From Squalus acanthias (taxonomy: Eukaryota), in assembly GCA_030390025.1 (NCBI GenBank), contig CM059434.1:111352001-111416000 (forward strand): 64,000 nucleotides of DNA, in the 5' to 3' direction. Position 1 is the first letter of the stretch. Every line of letters starts with the position of its first letter. Under the pieces are notes generated by a model. It saw nothing but the letters and a program-made list of their open reading frames with translations, searched no databases and was not told the DNA's origin. Both the position numbers and the translations under genes were made by a program. Shown piece by piece: positions 49,309 through 62,127 of the stretch.

Positions 49309-52212
49309 TTTTTTTTAATTTGTTCATGGGATGTGGGCGTCGCTGGCAAGGCCAGCATTTATTGCCCATCCCTAGTTGCCCTTGAGAAGGTGGTGGTGAA
49401 CTGCCTTCTTGAACCGCTGCAGTCCGTGTGGTGAAGGTACTCCCACAGTGCTGTTAGGGAGGGAGTTCCAGGATTTTGACCCAGCGACGATGAAGGAATG
49501 GCGATATACTTCCAAGTCAGGATGGTGTGTGACTTGGAGGGGAACTTGGAGGTGGTGGTGTTCCCATGCGTCTGCAGCCCTTGTTTTTCTAGGTGGAAGA
49601 GGTCGTGGATTTGGGAGGTGCTGCCGAAGAAGCCTTGACGAGTTGCTGCAGTGCATCTTGTAGATGGTACACACTGCAGCCACTGTACGCCGGTGGTGGA
49701 GGGAGTGCATGTTTAAAGTAGTGGATGGGGTGCCAATCAAACGGGCTGCTTTGTCCTGGATGGTGTCGAGCTTCTTGAGTGTTGTTGGAGCTGCACTCAT
49801 CCAGGCAAGTGGAGAGTATTCCACCACACTCCTTACTTGTGCCTTGTAGATGGTGGAAAGGCTTTGGGGAGTCAGGAGGTGAGACACTCGTCACAGAATA
49901 CCTAGCCTCTGACCTGCTCTTGTTGCCACAGTATTTATGTGGCTGGTCCAGTTAGGTTTCTGGTCAATGGCGACCCCCAGGATGTTGATGGTGGGGGATT
50001 CAGCGATGGTAATGCCATTGAATGTCAAGGGGCGGTGGTTAGACTCTCGCTTGTTGGAGATAGTCATTGCCTGGCACTTCTGTGGCACGAATGTTACCTG
50101 CCACTTATCAGCCCAAGCCTGAATGTCGTCCAGGTCTTGTTGCATGTGGGCATGGACTGCTTCATTATCTGAGGAGTTGTGAATGACACTGAACACTGTG
50201 CAGTCATCAGCGAACATCCCCATTTCTGATCTTATGTTGGAGGGAAGGTCATTGATGAAGCAGCTGAAGATGGTTGGGCCTAGAACATTGCCCTGAGGAA
50301 CTCCTGCAGCGATGTCCTGGGGCTGTGATGATTGACCTCCAACCACCACAACCATCTTCCTTTGTGCTAGGTATGACTCCAGCCAGTGGAGAGTTTTCCC
50401 CCCGATTCACATTGACTTCAGTTTTACTAGGGCTCCTTGATGCCACACTCTGTCAAATGCTGCCTTGATGCCAAGGGCAATCACTATCACCTCACCTCTG
50501 GAATTCAGCTCCTTTGTCCATGTTTGGATAGCCTTTGCTGTATCCAGTGCGCTCAGCCGTTTCTTGATATCACGTGGAGTGAATCGAATTGGCTGAAGGC
50601 TGGCTTCTGTGGTGGTGGGGACCTCAGGAGGAGGCCAAGATGGATCATCCACTTGACACTTCTGGCTGAAGATGGTTGCAAACGCTTCAGCCTTGTCTTT
50701 TGCACTCACGTGCTGGGCTCCACCATCATTGAGGATGGGGATATTCTTGGAGCCTCCTCCTCCTGTTAGTTGTTTAATGGTCCACCACCATTCACGACTG
50801 GATGTGGCAGAACTGCAGAGCTTTGATCTGATCCATTGATTGTGGGATTTCTGAGCCCTGTCTACAGCATGCTGCTTCCGCTTTTTTAGCATGCATGTAG
50901 TCTTGAGTTGCAGCTTCCCCAGGTTGGCACTTCATTTTTAGGTACGCTTGGTGCTGCTCCTGGCATGCTCTTCTACACTCATTATTGAACCAGGGTTGGT
51001 CCCCTGGTTTGATGGTAATGGTAGAGTGAGGGATATGCCGGGCCATGAGGTTACAGATTGTGGTGGAATACAATTCTGCTGCTGCTGATGGCCCACAGCG
51101 CCTCATGGATGCCCAGTTTTGAGCTGCTAGATCTGTTCTGAATCTATCCCATTTAGTACGGTGCAGGGTGTCCACAGTGTGAAGACAGGACTTCGTCTCC
51201 ACAATGACTGTGCGGTGGTCACTGCTCCCAATACTGTCATGGACAGATACATCTGCGACAGGTAGATTGGTGAGGACGAGTTCAGGTAGGTTTTTCTCTC
51301 ACCACCTGTCGCAGGCCTAGACTGGCAGCTATGTCCTTCAGGACTCGGCCAGCTCGGTCAGTAGTGGTGCTACCGAGCCACTCTTGGTGATGGACATTGA
51401 AGTCCCCCACCCAGAGTACATTCTGTGCCCTTGCTACTCTCAGTGCTTCTTCCAAGTGGTGTTCAACATGGAGGAGTACTGATTCATCAGCTGAGGGAGG
51501 GTGGTAATCAGCAGGACCTGAAGCAATGAGACTTCATGAGTCAATGTTGAGGATGCCCAGGGCACTCCTTCCCGACTGTGTAACACTGTGCTGCCACCCC
51601 TGGTGGGTCTATCCTGCCGGTGGGACAGGACATACCCAGGGATGGTGATGGAGGAGTTTGGGACATTGGCTGAAAGGTATGATTCTCTGAGTATGACTAT
51701 GTCAGGCTGTTGCTTGACTAGTCTGTGGGACAGCTCTCCCAATTTTGGTACAAGTCCCCAGATGTTGGTGAGGAGGACTTTGCAGGGCCGACTGGGCTGG
51801 GTGTGCCATTGTTGTGTCCATAGCTGGTGCTGAGGTCGATGACAGGTGGTCCGTCCAGTTTTATAATTATTGTGTTTCGTAGCAGTTTGTTACAACTGAG
51901 TAGGCCAATTCAGAGGGCAGTTAAGAGTCAACCACATTGGCTGTGGGTCTGGAGTCACATATAGGCCAGACCTGGTAACAACGGCAGATTTCCTTCCCTA
52001 AGGGACATTAGTGAACCAGATGGGTTTTTACAACAATCCGATAGTTTCATGGTTACCATTACTGATTCTAGCTTTTTTATCCCAGATTTATTTAATTAAC
52101 TGAATTTAAATTCCACAGCTGCCGTGGTGGGATTTAAACTCACGTCTCTGGATCATTAGTCCAGGCCTCTGGATTACTAGCCCAGTGACATTACCACTAC
52201 GCTACCGTTCCC
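49309..52212 (-). mobile_element. Near full-length LINE ('...HHHLLKGN' family, CR1/L2 group) with tRNA-like 5' head, inserted in CR1 ORF1
   Basis: Poly(A) at 49309; RT motifs (GVPQGNVLGP, MFADDC) and EN (QPDIVIL.ESYL); Pol III A box TAGCGTAGTGG (52204-52194) and B-box-like GTTTAAATC (52139-52131). Confidence 0.88.
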
Positions 52213-52560
52213 TGTTGGATAAGGACAAATGCCGAGGCTCCTCCAGCACTGCCCCTGGGGTCCCCTTACCTGCCTGAGTCGCACTCACACCCTCCTGTCC
52301 CTGACCACGAACCAGACCTAACCTAAGGGGTGTGACTGCCTCCTGGATCTAAGTGTCCAGGTAGCTCTCTCCCTCCCTGATGCCCCACAATGTCTGCACC
52401 TCAGACTCCAGCTCAACAACTCTGAGCTGAAGTTTCTCAAGATGCAGGCACTTACTGCAAATGTGGTTGCCCGGGATCACAATGCTCTCCACAAACTCCC
52501 ACATGCTGCAGTTGTGGCACACCACCTGCCCTGCCATCCCTATATGACCTTGTTTACAGT
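52213..52560 (-). mobile_element. CR1 ORF1 N-terminus (zinc finger / coiled coil)
   Basis: MAGQVVCHNCSMWEF...HICSKCLHLEKLQLRVVELESEV; continuation of 47383-49308. Confidence 0.85.
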
Positions 52561-53294
52561 TTAGTTTCTAGACTACTTAATTGATCTAGATTAAGTTATG
52601 GGTAATGAAATTAAATATCTCCCTGTAACACAAAGCACTACAAGTAGTGGAGGCAAAAAGCAGCAACTCCTTCCCCCTCTTCTCCGAATTCCCACTCTTT
52701 CCAAATTCCCAAATGTTTAAGTGCAATGTGTTTAATTCTGCTCTGTGCAGACCAGTTACATGGTTACTATGGCTAGAGTCTCTGCCGGACGGAGACAAAG
52801 TTGGGGACACAGTGTAAGTGGGGCCCACTCCAAATCCACCTGACCTGCCCACATTACGTTGTTTTTGTGGCCATTGGCTCTAAGAACTTAGCAAACATTT
52901 TGACACAATATCACACACGGGATTAGTCCAGAAGATTGGCAGGTACAGAATAGGCAAGAACCTTCGGGAATGATCAGAAATTGGCTCAATCAGCAGAAGC
53001 AAACCAGAATGGAAGACAGGGATTAGCGAGGTGTCTCAGAAGTCAGTGGAGACATTTTTTTTGGTAAAAGCTGTGAGATAAAGTGTAGTATTTATTTTTT
53101 TGAATTTTGACACCAGACAGATGGACTGCAGTGGTCTACCCAATCCTGTACATTCCTATGGTGAGAACGTGGGCTTGAGATCAGTCAAAAGAGGCGTGAT
53201 TTTTGGACCAATCGGCCTTTTTGTTTTCCTAAAATTTCCTGTGTCAAATAAGTACAATTTTATCAGTGTAAAAATAAGCAGTTGCTGTAATAAA

Positions 53295-53475
53295 AAGAGA
53301 AATACTGGAAATAGACAGCACCTTTAAAGAGAGAATATAGGTTAATGTTTTGTATGTAAACCCTCATCAGAACAATTCTGACAAAAGGCTTATACCTGAA
53401 ACAGTAATATTTCAGGTGCTGGTTGGCCTGTGTATTTCCAACATTTTCTGTTTTTATTTCAGACTTCCAGCATTT
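53295..53475. mobile_element. Decayed foldback Penelope-like element
   Basis: aaatactggaaata...ctcatcagaacaattctgacaaaagg...cctgaaac...tatttccaacattttctg; degenerate hammerhead cores on opposite strands. Confidence 0.55.
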
Positions 53476-54918
53476 ATCAGGAGTATAAATAGCCTGCCGT
53501 CCTTCAGTTTTATTTACGACAAGATCAAAAGCTGCTTCAAAGGGTGCCTCTTCCCCATAAACAGCCCTGAATATGTGCACTTTTATTAGTCTATTCCCAG
53601 GCATGATGAAGTGTCTCCCCAATCTGCTTAAGCATCAACAACATTTTCTGCAACATAAATAATCATGCTATTTAAAATGCATGTTGTAATTCATTTTCCC
53701 AGAGCTTTTATCACAAAAGCAAGTTATGTTCGGCCTTTTAAAAAAAAATCTTTAAATTAAAAGAATTAACTAGTCATTATCTCTTTCCATAACAATCAAC
53801 GGTTCAGAGGTGTAAGAAGTATTAAATGTAATTGTTTTTGACCAATTAGGTCTATGTTACCACATGAATGAAGTATGCTGTCTGAGGATCTCTGTTAACA
53901 CATTTTATTACAGGATGAAAAAAAAATCCTTTTCTCATGAGAAAACCAAGTGGAGAAATCCCTGCACAGTGAACGGCTAAGTTTTATTTGGCCTCAAACA
54001 CTATTGCTTTTCTAAAGTGTGAAGGTTGACCTCCCACTTGAAGTTCATCTGTTTAAAATATTAGCACTGCTGTGACCCCATTGCTTGGACAATTTGTCAA
54101 TTATTTGCTTACAAGCATTTTGAAGAGCTCAGGCAGAAAACCCTTGGCTGCAGTCTGTAGTTGGTGTCGATTACTCACAGTGTTGACAACTATTGAAATA
54201 GGCCACCAAATAGAACAGGCACAAAAATGATATACCCGTGGTTTGTGATGGCTGTTTTGTTAAGTGTACAGATAAGATTACATAGTTTTATCAAATTCAT
54301 TATTCCTGATCAATTAGAAGCAACTTTTATATCAGCATGGCATGCATGATGCAGCATTTAAAACTGGCGCATCACCATCCTGGAGTATGAGGGGTACGAT
54401 TCAGGAAGGAGACATTTATGTGTGACTAATTTTTAAGCAAAAAATACTTTGGAAAATGCTCCAAATTACTTATTTTTATTTCTAGAGTACTATGTTCATG
54501 TTTATAAAAACCGTAGATATTTGTTCAATTGTCAAACACTTTCTTTCAGACTTTCCTTCACAGTTTACTTGATACTCTGCAGTTTTAAATACAAGTGGGA
54601 CTTCTTGAGCTAACTGGAGGTAAGGTTGTCCAACCAATTGTGTTGGATTATTTGCTTTTTGGTTTAGTGTTATCATTGCTACCCTTTCCATAGATCATCT
54701 TTCGGAAGAATGAGGGTCGACTAATGAATCACAACTTTTAATATTCAAGAGAAAACCAGGTGAAGGACCAAGGCCCATTGTGCAGGAGATGGTCACGGTT
54801 GAAGAGAGTAACAGCAAAAATGAGATAAATCAAGAAGTAGCTGTTGGGTAACTCCAAGATTGGGTTTTTGTAGATTGTAGGAGGAAATTAAGACTTTTGT
54901 GCAGGAAGAAGAAATATG

Positions 54919-56665
54919 GGCTGGGATTTTGCTCACCTTGGCAGGTCCGGGCCACGTGATGTTGGAGGCGGGTCACGGGCCCGCTGCCGGCTCCATCCCA
55001 CTGTCTAAAAAGAACTTACGTTGCTGGGGCTTGTTAAGCCCACCCAGCACGTTTCCCGGTCCAATTAGAGGAAGCAGGCCTGGTGACGTCATTCATGGCA
55101 CGTCATCAGCTGGTTTCCTTAAAGGGACCATGGCCAACTTTCTTTTGACCTTTATGCTGTCAGTGTTCTACAGCATTGAAGTGCTGCAAACACTGACAAT
55201 CACTGCACAGAGGTGCAGGGCTGCACCCAGGTTCTCCCATGACTCCCTCCATATGCTTATGGAGGGAGTCACAGCACGCAGGGAGGTCCTCTTCCCTTCC
55301 CATGGGCGGAAGAGACCTCCCCAGGAGACCAAGACAGCCTGGTTGCAGATTGCACAGGAGGGCACAAGCAGGGATGTCATCAGGAGGACCTGGGTGCAGT
55401 GGTGCAAACCTTTCAATGATCTCACGAAATGTTAGTACAAAGCCACACTCACCTTCATCCTGCTGTGCCGCTCATCACATCCCCATCACTCTGCCTTCCC
55501 TACCCTACTCCTGCACATCCTTACTCACACCAACTTACCTTGCACCTCCACCCATCCCTCTCGCTCTATCTACATTATCACATCCCCATCTCACTAGCCA
55601 CCCCTCACACTCACCCTCATCCTAGTGCAATCATGCCAACTAACAACACACAAGGGTAACCACTTGTGTGTTTTATCCAATGTTCATGTAAAGTTTCTGT
55701 TAATGTGGTGTCAAACATTGAAATCTTTATTTTCAACACTTTGCGTTCTTGGACAGATTTGTGTGCACCTTTGGAAGTGGCTTAGTGAGTTGCAGTGAAT
55801 GGTGAGACATAACAGAACCCCCCGCAATGGTGGTGAGTGTGAAAAGAATGGCTTGGGCATTGTAGGGATGATTTATGGTGTTGGTGTGGGGTGGTGCCAA
55901 CCTGGCACATCATGTAGCAGCCAGGGTGTACAGCGTCAAGTGAAGTAAATCTGGCCATGGTGAGGCCTTCCCTGGCCTCCCGGGCAGCAATGTGGTCGGG
56001 TACTGATGCCCTCTGTCCTGTGCAGCATCAGGTGATTGCAGAGAAGGTTGGTGTTGTTGTTGGTGCTGCTGGTGTGCCTGGTGTTGGGGCTGATCTTGGT
56101 GGGATTCTGAGGACCAAGGTGAGACAGTATAAAGGGCCCCCATGTTGATGGAATAGATGGCAGGTGAAGTAAAGATGACAGAAGCATTCTGTCAATGGTG
56201 TGAGAGTTCTTCCAGTGAGGTAAGAGTGGATAGAGAGTGAAAGTGGAAAGCCTGCAGAATCTATGCTGGAAATGGACTGAGAAACAGCTTCTGCCTGAGG
56301 AAAGTGATGATCTGTCAGGTGGGAGCTTTTACTGTACATTTGAAGCTGTCAAGTAATCAGCTGGAGCAATGACCATTCAATTCCCGCCTCAGGTTCACAG
56401 ACATGGTTCCCGAGCAGCGTGGACCCTGTGGACGAGGAGTTAAAGTGAAATGGTAAGGTTAAAAGCATTATTAAGGGTCTGTCAACAACCCAATAATTGG
56501 TTTAATTGGGTCGCCTGCCTCTGCGGGTCGGGTCGGGTTGGATCGGAGATCACACATGCGCCTGTGGGAATGAGGCGTTGCGGTGGGACCCGCTGTCAAA
56601 AAAATCAAATTTCCCACCCGGCCCACCACCAATTCCGCCCGCTGACCCCCTGGAAAATTCCCCCC
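54919..56665 (-). mobile_element. Internally deleted Harbinger element
   Basis: TIRs GGCTGGGATTTT / AAAATTCCCCCC, TSD ATG; Myb exon 1 on + (~55200-55431, APRFSHDSL...FNDLTK); transposase 5' and 3' ends fused on - (55940-56143). Confidence 0.85.
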
Positions 56666-56693
56666 ATGCTCAACAAAGGCTGAGGCAGCTTTT

Positions 56694-59235
56694 GGCCAGG
56701 AAATTGGACCTGTTTCTGCCGGCCGTTAAGATTGGTTTGGAAGAAAGAATGGCAGTCGCCTCGCTTCCACCTGCTTCTGGTGGGTCCTACGGCGGCCGCC
56801 ATTTTGGGCAGGTTGGCAGCGCTGCCGTTGCCAGCGCTCGCTGCAGAAATGAAAATGAGGCAGATCGTGACGTCAATGAGTGTGCAACGCTGATTTGACG
56901 CACGATCTGCCATTTTGGACGTTGCCGCTCCTTTTAACGCCCTCTGCAAATCACGTTCAGCAGCAGGAAGGACCCCCCCACCAGCGTTATTTAAAGGGAT
57001 CATCATCAACAATTTGCAGCTGACTTGCTTTTTCATTTTTACTGGCTCTGTGTAAGTTTCTGCAACTGCTTGGAGCTTTCTACAGTTAGTTAAAGTTGCT
57101 GAGGTCACAGGCAGTGTTGCTGCAAGTGGAGAACGCCTTGCTTCTCATTTAAAGGCTTGAGCTCACACCACTTGCTCTCAGTCATGGGGGCTCTAGTTGC
57201 AGTCCCCCTCGCGCTCGAGTATAACATGGAGATGGAGTGGAGGCAGCTAAGAAAAGGACAAGACGCTCGCAGAGGGAGGAGGAGGAGGGGCAGGAGGGCT
57301 TTCAGCAGGAGGCCTTACCCACCTAGGGTCGTCAGAGAGCACTTCTTCTACCTGCACTTAAGCCAGGAGCAGTGTGTTAGGAGGCTCCGCTTCACCAAGG
57401 AGGTGGTCACAGAACTCTGCCATCTCCTGGAACCAGACCTGCAGCCTCAGAGAACGGCGACCACGGCTCTCCCAGTGGCCCTCAAGGTCACCGTGGCCCT
57501 CAATATTTTTGCCACCGGATCCTTCCAGTCTGGAGCAGGAGACATAGCTAACATCCCCCAGTTCACCATCCATCGCTGCATCTGGGAGGTCACAGAGGCG
57601 CTGTACTCCAGGAGAAGGGACTTCATTGTCTTCTCTCTAAACAGAGAGAAGCAGCAGGAGTGCGCATGCGGCTTTGCCAGGATATCGGGCTTCACCATGG
57701 TGCAGGGTTCCATCGACTGCACACATGTGGCTTTGCGAGCGCCGCATACCAATCCTGAGATGTTTCATAACCGCAAAGGCTACCACTCACTTAATGTGCA
57801 GTTGGTGTGTGACCACGCCCAGCGCATCATGATGGTGAATGCCTGGTATCCTGTCAGCAGTCATGATGCCTTCATCCTGCGCCAGTCTGCTGTGCCGAGG
57901 GTGGCTGCTCAGAGACAAGGGCTATCCACTCTGCACCTGGCTGATGACTCCCCTCCGCAACCCCACCACTCGTGGCCAGCAATCATATAATGACAGCTAT
58001 GCTGCTCAGAGGAACCTCATCGAGCAGAGTGCTCAAGCTGCGGTTCCGCTGCCTTGACCACTCGGGAGGAGCCCTCCAGTCCACGCGGGTGTCCCATTTC
58101 GTGGTGGCCTGCTGCATCCTCCACAACTTGGCCATCATGAGGGCGCAGCCCTTGCCACCACGGGTTTCGGGACCACCTCAGGAGGAGGCAGGCAGCAGAT
58201 CCCCATTCCGGATGGGCTGTCCGTGAGTGCCTTATCAGACTCTAGTTCCAGTGAATGAAACCCCAGATCCCCGTTACTCACCACTTCCCCATCTTACCAT
58301 CCCTCTGTCACAGAACATCACAGCGTCCTCCTGGGCACAAAGCTGAAATGAGACCCACCACAAAACAAACATTCCAAACATAATTTATAAATTCATCAAA
58401 TCCAAATCAAAACAACAATGTCAACTAATCACCCTTGTGTCTGTCTTTCGTGTTCCTTTTCCTATTCTAGTGCTCCCACGAAGTGCTCCCCCAGTGGCTG
58501 CAGCATGGCTGGTGGAAGGCTGCTGACTTTCAGTGGGGGAGACTGCAGATGACCCTGCAGGATGACCTCGAGCAGCTCAGGGCCTAGAAGGCACGGCTGT
58601 AGACTGCACCACCTCGACATGGGCAGCAGCAGTCTGGGCTGGCTGGTTGACAGGCAGCAGCAAGGGCACTGGCGGATGGCAGTGGTGGGAGGATGAATGC
58701 TGTCATCCTGAGAGAGGACAGCAGGTTCTTGCTCCAAGGAGCCACTGCCACTCCCCCAGGGCAGCACCTCAGCATTCCTAGCCATCTGTTGGGGGACAGA
58801 TTGCTGAGGTGCTGCGAGACCCTGCAAGCCTCTTTCCCCACTCATAAATCCAGCCACGATGGCAGCAGTCTGAGCTGCCACTGCAGCACTGAGATGCTGT
58901 GTCGTTTCCACCTGTGCTGCAATGGAAGCTGCGACATCACCCATCACACGCAGCATCATGACTGGGTCCACAAGGAATCCTGGAAATCATGGGCTCCAAG
59001 CTTTGCGCAAAGCCCCGTCCAATGTTGAAGCCAGACTCCTCCATGCTCCTTGACACTGACAAGAGACACTCTGGCAGGCCTGCCATTGTACCTAGCATTT
59101 CTGTGTGCGTGCCTATCACCCTTCTTCTGAAGGCCGGCCCATTGAGGTCATCATCTGAGTCCTGTGCAGCAGAGCTCATGCGCAAACTCGCCCTCCGGGG
59201 AGCTGGCACCCGAGCTACCGTTTCCCTCTGGCATC
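56694..59235 (+). mobile_element. Harbinger element (second subfamily), right end truncated
   Basis: Left end GGCCAGGAAATT; transposase 57184-58253 (R-rich N-terminus, VQGSIDCTHV, DKGYP; deletions and frameshifts); partner last exon on - at 58462-59232. Confidence 0.88.
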
Positions 59236-60783
59236 ACTTTTCAGGACATTTATAAAGTTAGTCCCCGCAGATTATTCACTATGGGGACACAATAGCAGAA
59301 GATACAAATTTTTAAAAATGGGAAATTAGGAGAAGCAAGTCAAGCAGAACTTTTTTTACACAAAAATACTTGAGGAATAAGTTACCAGGGAAGGCCATTG
59401 AAGCAGACAATATAAATTGGTTCAAGAGACAGAAGCATTTCTGAAGAGAGAGGGGATTGAAAGGTTTTGTGAGAAAGTATGTAGTTATGAGATCTGTCAA
59501 CATTGGAGAGCCTTGTTATGTCTAAAGGCATGTTCTGGTTTATAACAAATGCTATTATTTAAGCTCTGGTGCTTTTAAGTCTGAGGAGAAACAGTGTCTG
59601 CTATAACATGGAAGTGCTTAAAAGGAGGAGCAGAAGTTTCTTTGAAAGGGCAAAAATAAAAGACTGAATTTTGCACCTAGATTTTGAAGCTAGGAGTAAT
59701 TTTCATCTTTGTCAGAAATTTGATTTTGGACCCTGTGTTCAATGAAGCTTATCAGGGAACTTACTGAACAATCACAGTCTCTTACTTCCTATTTTTTCTC
59801 TTGTAATTTTGGCATGTTTGATTTACTACTGAAAAGACCTTTTATCAGAACTATAAAATGAAATGCCCAGTTTGTTCCCAGTACAAAATTGAAATAGTGT
59901 TAGATATGGGCAACAGAAAGTAATTGTCATCCTCCATTGAGGCCATCACAGTAGACCAAAGATTAACCAAAGGCCTATCTTGGTCCTATTTCTCTAACGT
60001 TTTAAAGAAACACAGATTTGTGGAAGCCCCAATGATTATCATTGCTCAAATCAACATTTAAAATATCTATCTATATATTATGTTAAAAATGGTATGAATA
60101 TACATTGCTTCTGTCCGTTACATTCTGGCATCACACATCCTTATTATACTCTTTCGTCAAACCATTTTCTTGGCTGATTTTGTTTTAAAATCACAACTAT
60201 GAACTATCCCAATTCACCTATAACTATGCCGACTCACAAAAATCTACCAAACTTGAAAACTTAACAAGTCAAACCACAACAAAAATTTTCAAAATCCTGT
60301 CAGCCTCCATTTTTTTCTAATGACTAAAAAAAGCCTACCCTTTACAAATCCATACTGGCTCTCTCTAATCAGCTCAAATTTCTCTAAGTGCTCAGTCACT
60401 CTGTCCTTCATTATAGATTCCAATAACGTCCCCACAACAGATGTTAGACTAACAGGTCTATATATTCCTGGTTTATCTTTCACACCTTTCTTAAATAATG
60501 GAGTTACATTTGCAATTTTCCAATCTAAAGGGACATTTCCTGAATCGAGAGAGCTTTGGAAGATTATGACTAAACCTTCTGCAATTTCCTAACCTACTTC
60601 CTTTAAAACCCTGGGGTGGAAACCATCAATTCCTGGGGATTTGTCGGTCTTTAGTGCCATTATTTTTTCTAATACTGTTTTATCGCTTACGTTAACTTTA
60701 GTGAGTTCCAGTCGTTGATTCATTATTAGTTTCCCTGGAATGTCAGGTATATTATCCTCTTCCTCTACTGTGAAGACTGACAC

Positions 60784-61604
60784 TCGGGCGATTTTGCCAG
60801 CCCTGCGGAGGCGTGTTTGGAGGCGGAACTGCTGGGAAAATGGCAGAATCTGGGGGCGGGTACCCATCCCGCCCCCAACCTGCCTCCGTGCCATCTTCCC
60901 AGGAGGCGGGTACTTGACCCGCGCCGGGTCCCGTCTCCTGGAGGCGGAAAGGGGATTACAGCCACTTAACTGCCTGTTAACAGGTGGTTAACAGGCAGTT
61001 AAGAGGATTTTCCCCATTTTTCCATCATAGGTGCGGGCTTCCGACGTCGGGAAACCCGCCAGGGTCAGCGAGGCGAGCAGAGGGTCTGTGCGCTGTGGAG
61101 GTGAGTGATGGGTACAAGTGTGGAGAGGTAAGTATGTGAGGTGAGTGGAAAGTGATAGAAAATGTTTTCTTACCTTTGTTTCTTCCTGCAGGCTTCAGTC
61201 GTTGGGGATGCGGAGGCTCCGGCATCTCAATGGCAGAGATGACAGAATGGCTGCTGCAATTCTCCGATTCAACAGCTATCTACTTTCTGCTCACAAAAGA
61301 GGTTTGGTGAGCCTTGAGTAAGAACTCACCAAACAACAGAGAATGTCAGTGTTTGGCAGCTTCTCAAAGCTGTCAAACAATGACAATTCATCTGTCAAAA
61401 ATGTTTGACAGATGAAACGTCATACGCTGACGTTCTCTGTAACCGGCTTCCCCTTAATTGGCCTGCTAAACACGCTGGGCCGGACTGAACAAGGTCAATC
61501 AAGGGAAAATAGTGTGGGTTGGCCAGAAGTCGATGGATGCGGGACTGAAACCCGACAAGCAGCAGTCCCGCCTCCAACGCGCCCCCATTGGCAAAATCAC
61601 CCCC
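60784..61604 (+). mobile_element. Harbinger-type MITE copy A
   Basis: TIRs GGGCGATTTTGCCA / TGGCAAAATCACCCCC, the same TIR type as the 17250 element. Confidence 0.85.
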
Positions 61605-62127
61605 AAAGTAATTATTTAACAAGTCTGCCATTTCCTTATTTTTATTTGCAATATTACCTGCCTCTGTTTTTAAAGGGCCCACATTACCCTTGACTATCCT
61701 TTTTCTTCTAAAATAATTGAAAACTTTTTGGGTTAATCTTGATATCGCTAGCAAGTTTCTTTTCGTATTCCGTTTTGCAGCTCTTACTATCTTTTTTGTC
61801 TTCCTTTGCTGTCCTTTGCAGTCCCCTGAAACTACACTGTTCTTCACACTTTTCTATGCTCTTTCCTTTACTTTTATTGTTATCTCTCACCTCTTTTGTT
61901 GATTAAAGCTGTTTTAATTGGTAAGTAGAGCTCTTCTCCCTTACGGGTATATACTAGTCCTATATTAAGCTAAATAATTTTTTGAACACCTCCCACTGTT
62001 CATCTGTAGTTTTACCCAATAACAGTTTTGACCAGTTTGCTGTTGTCAGTCTTTGTCTCATTCAGTTAAAGTTAGCCAGACCAAAATCTAGAACTGTGTT
62101 ATGTTTCTCCTTTTGAAACCTAACATT

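Noticed and set aside
52125-52212. Genuine tRNA gene
   Set aside because: A/B boxes are present but the spacing is too long and no cloverleaf is evident; it is a retroelement head.
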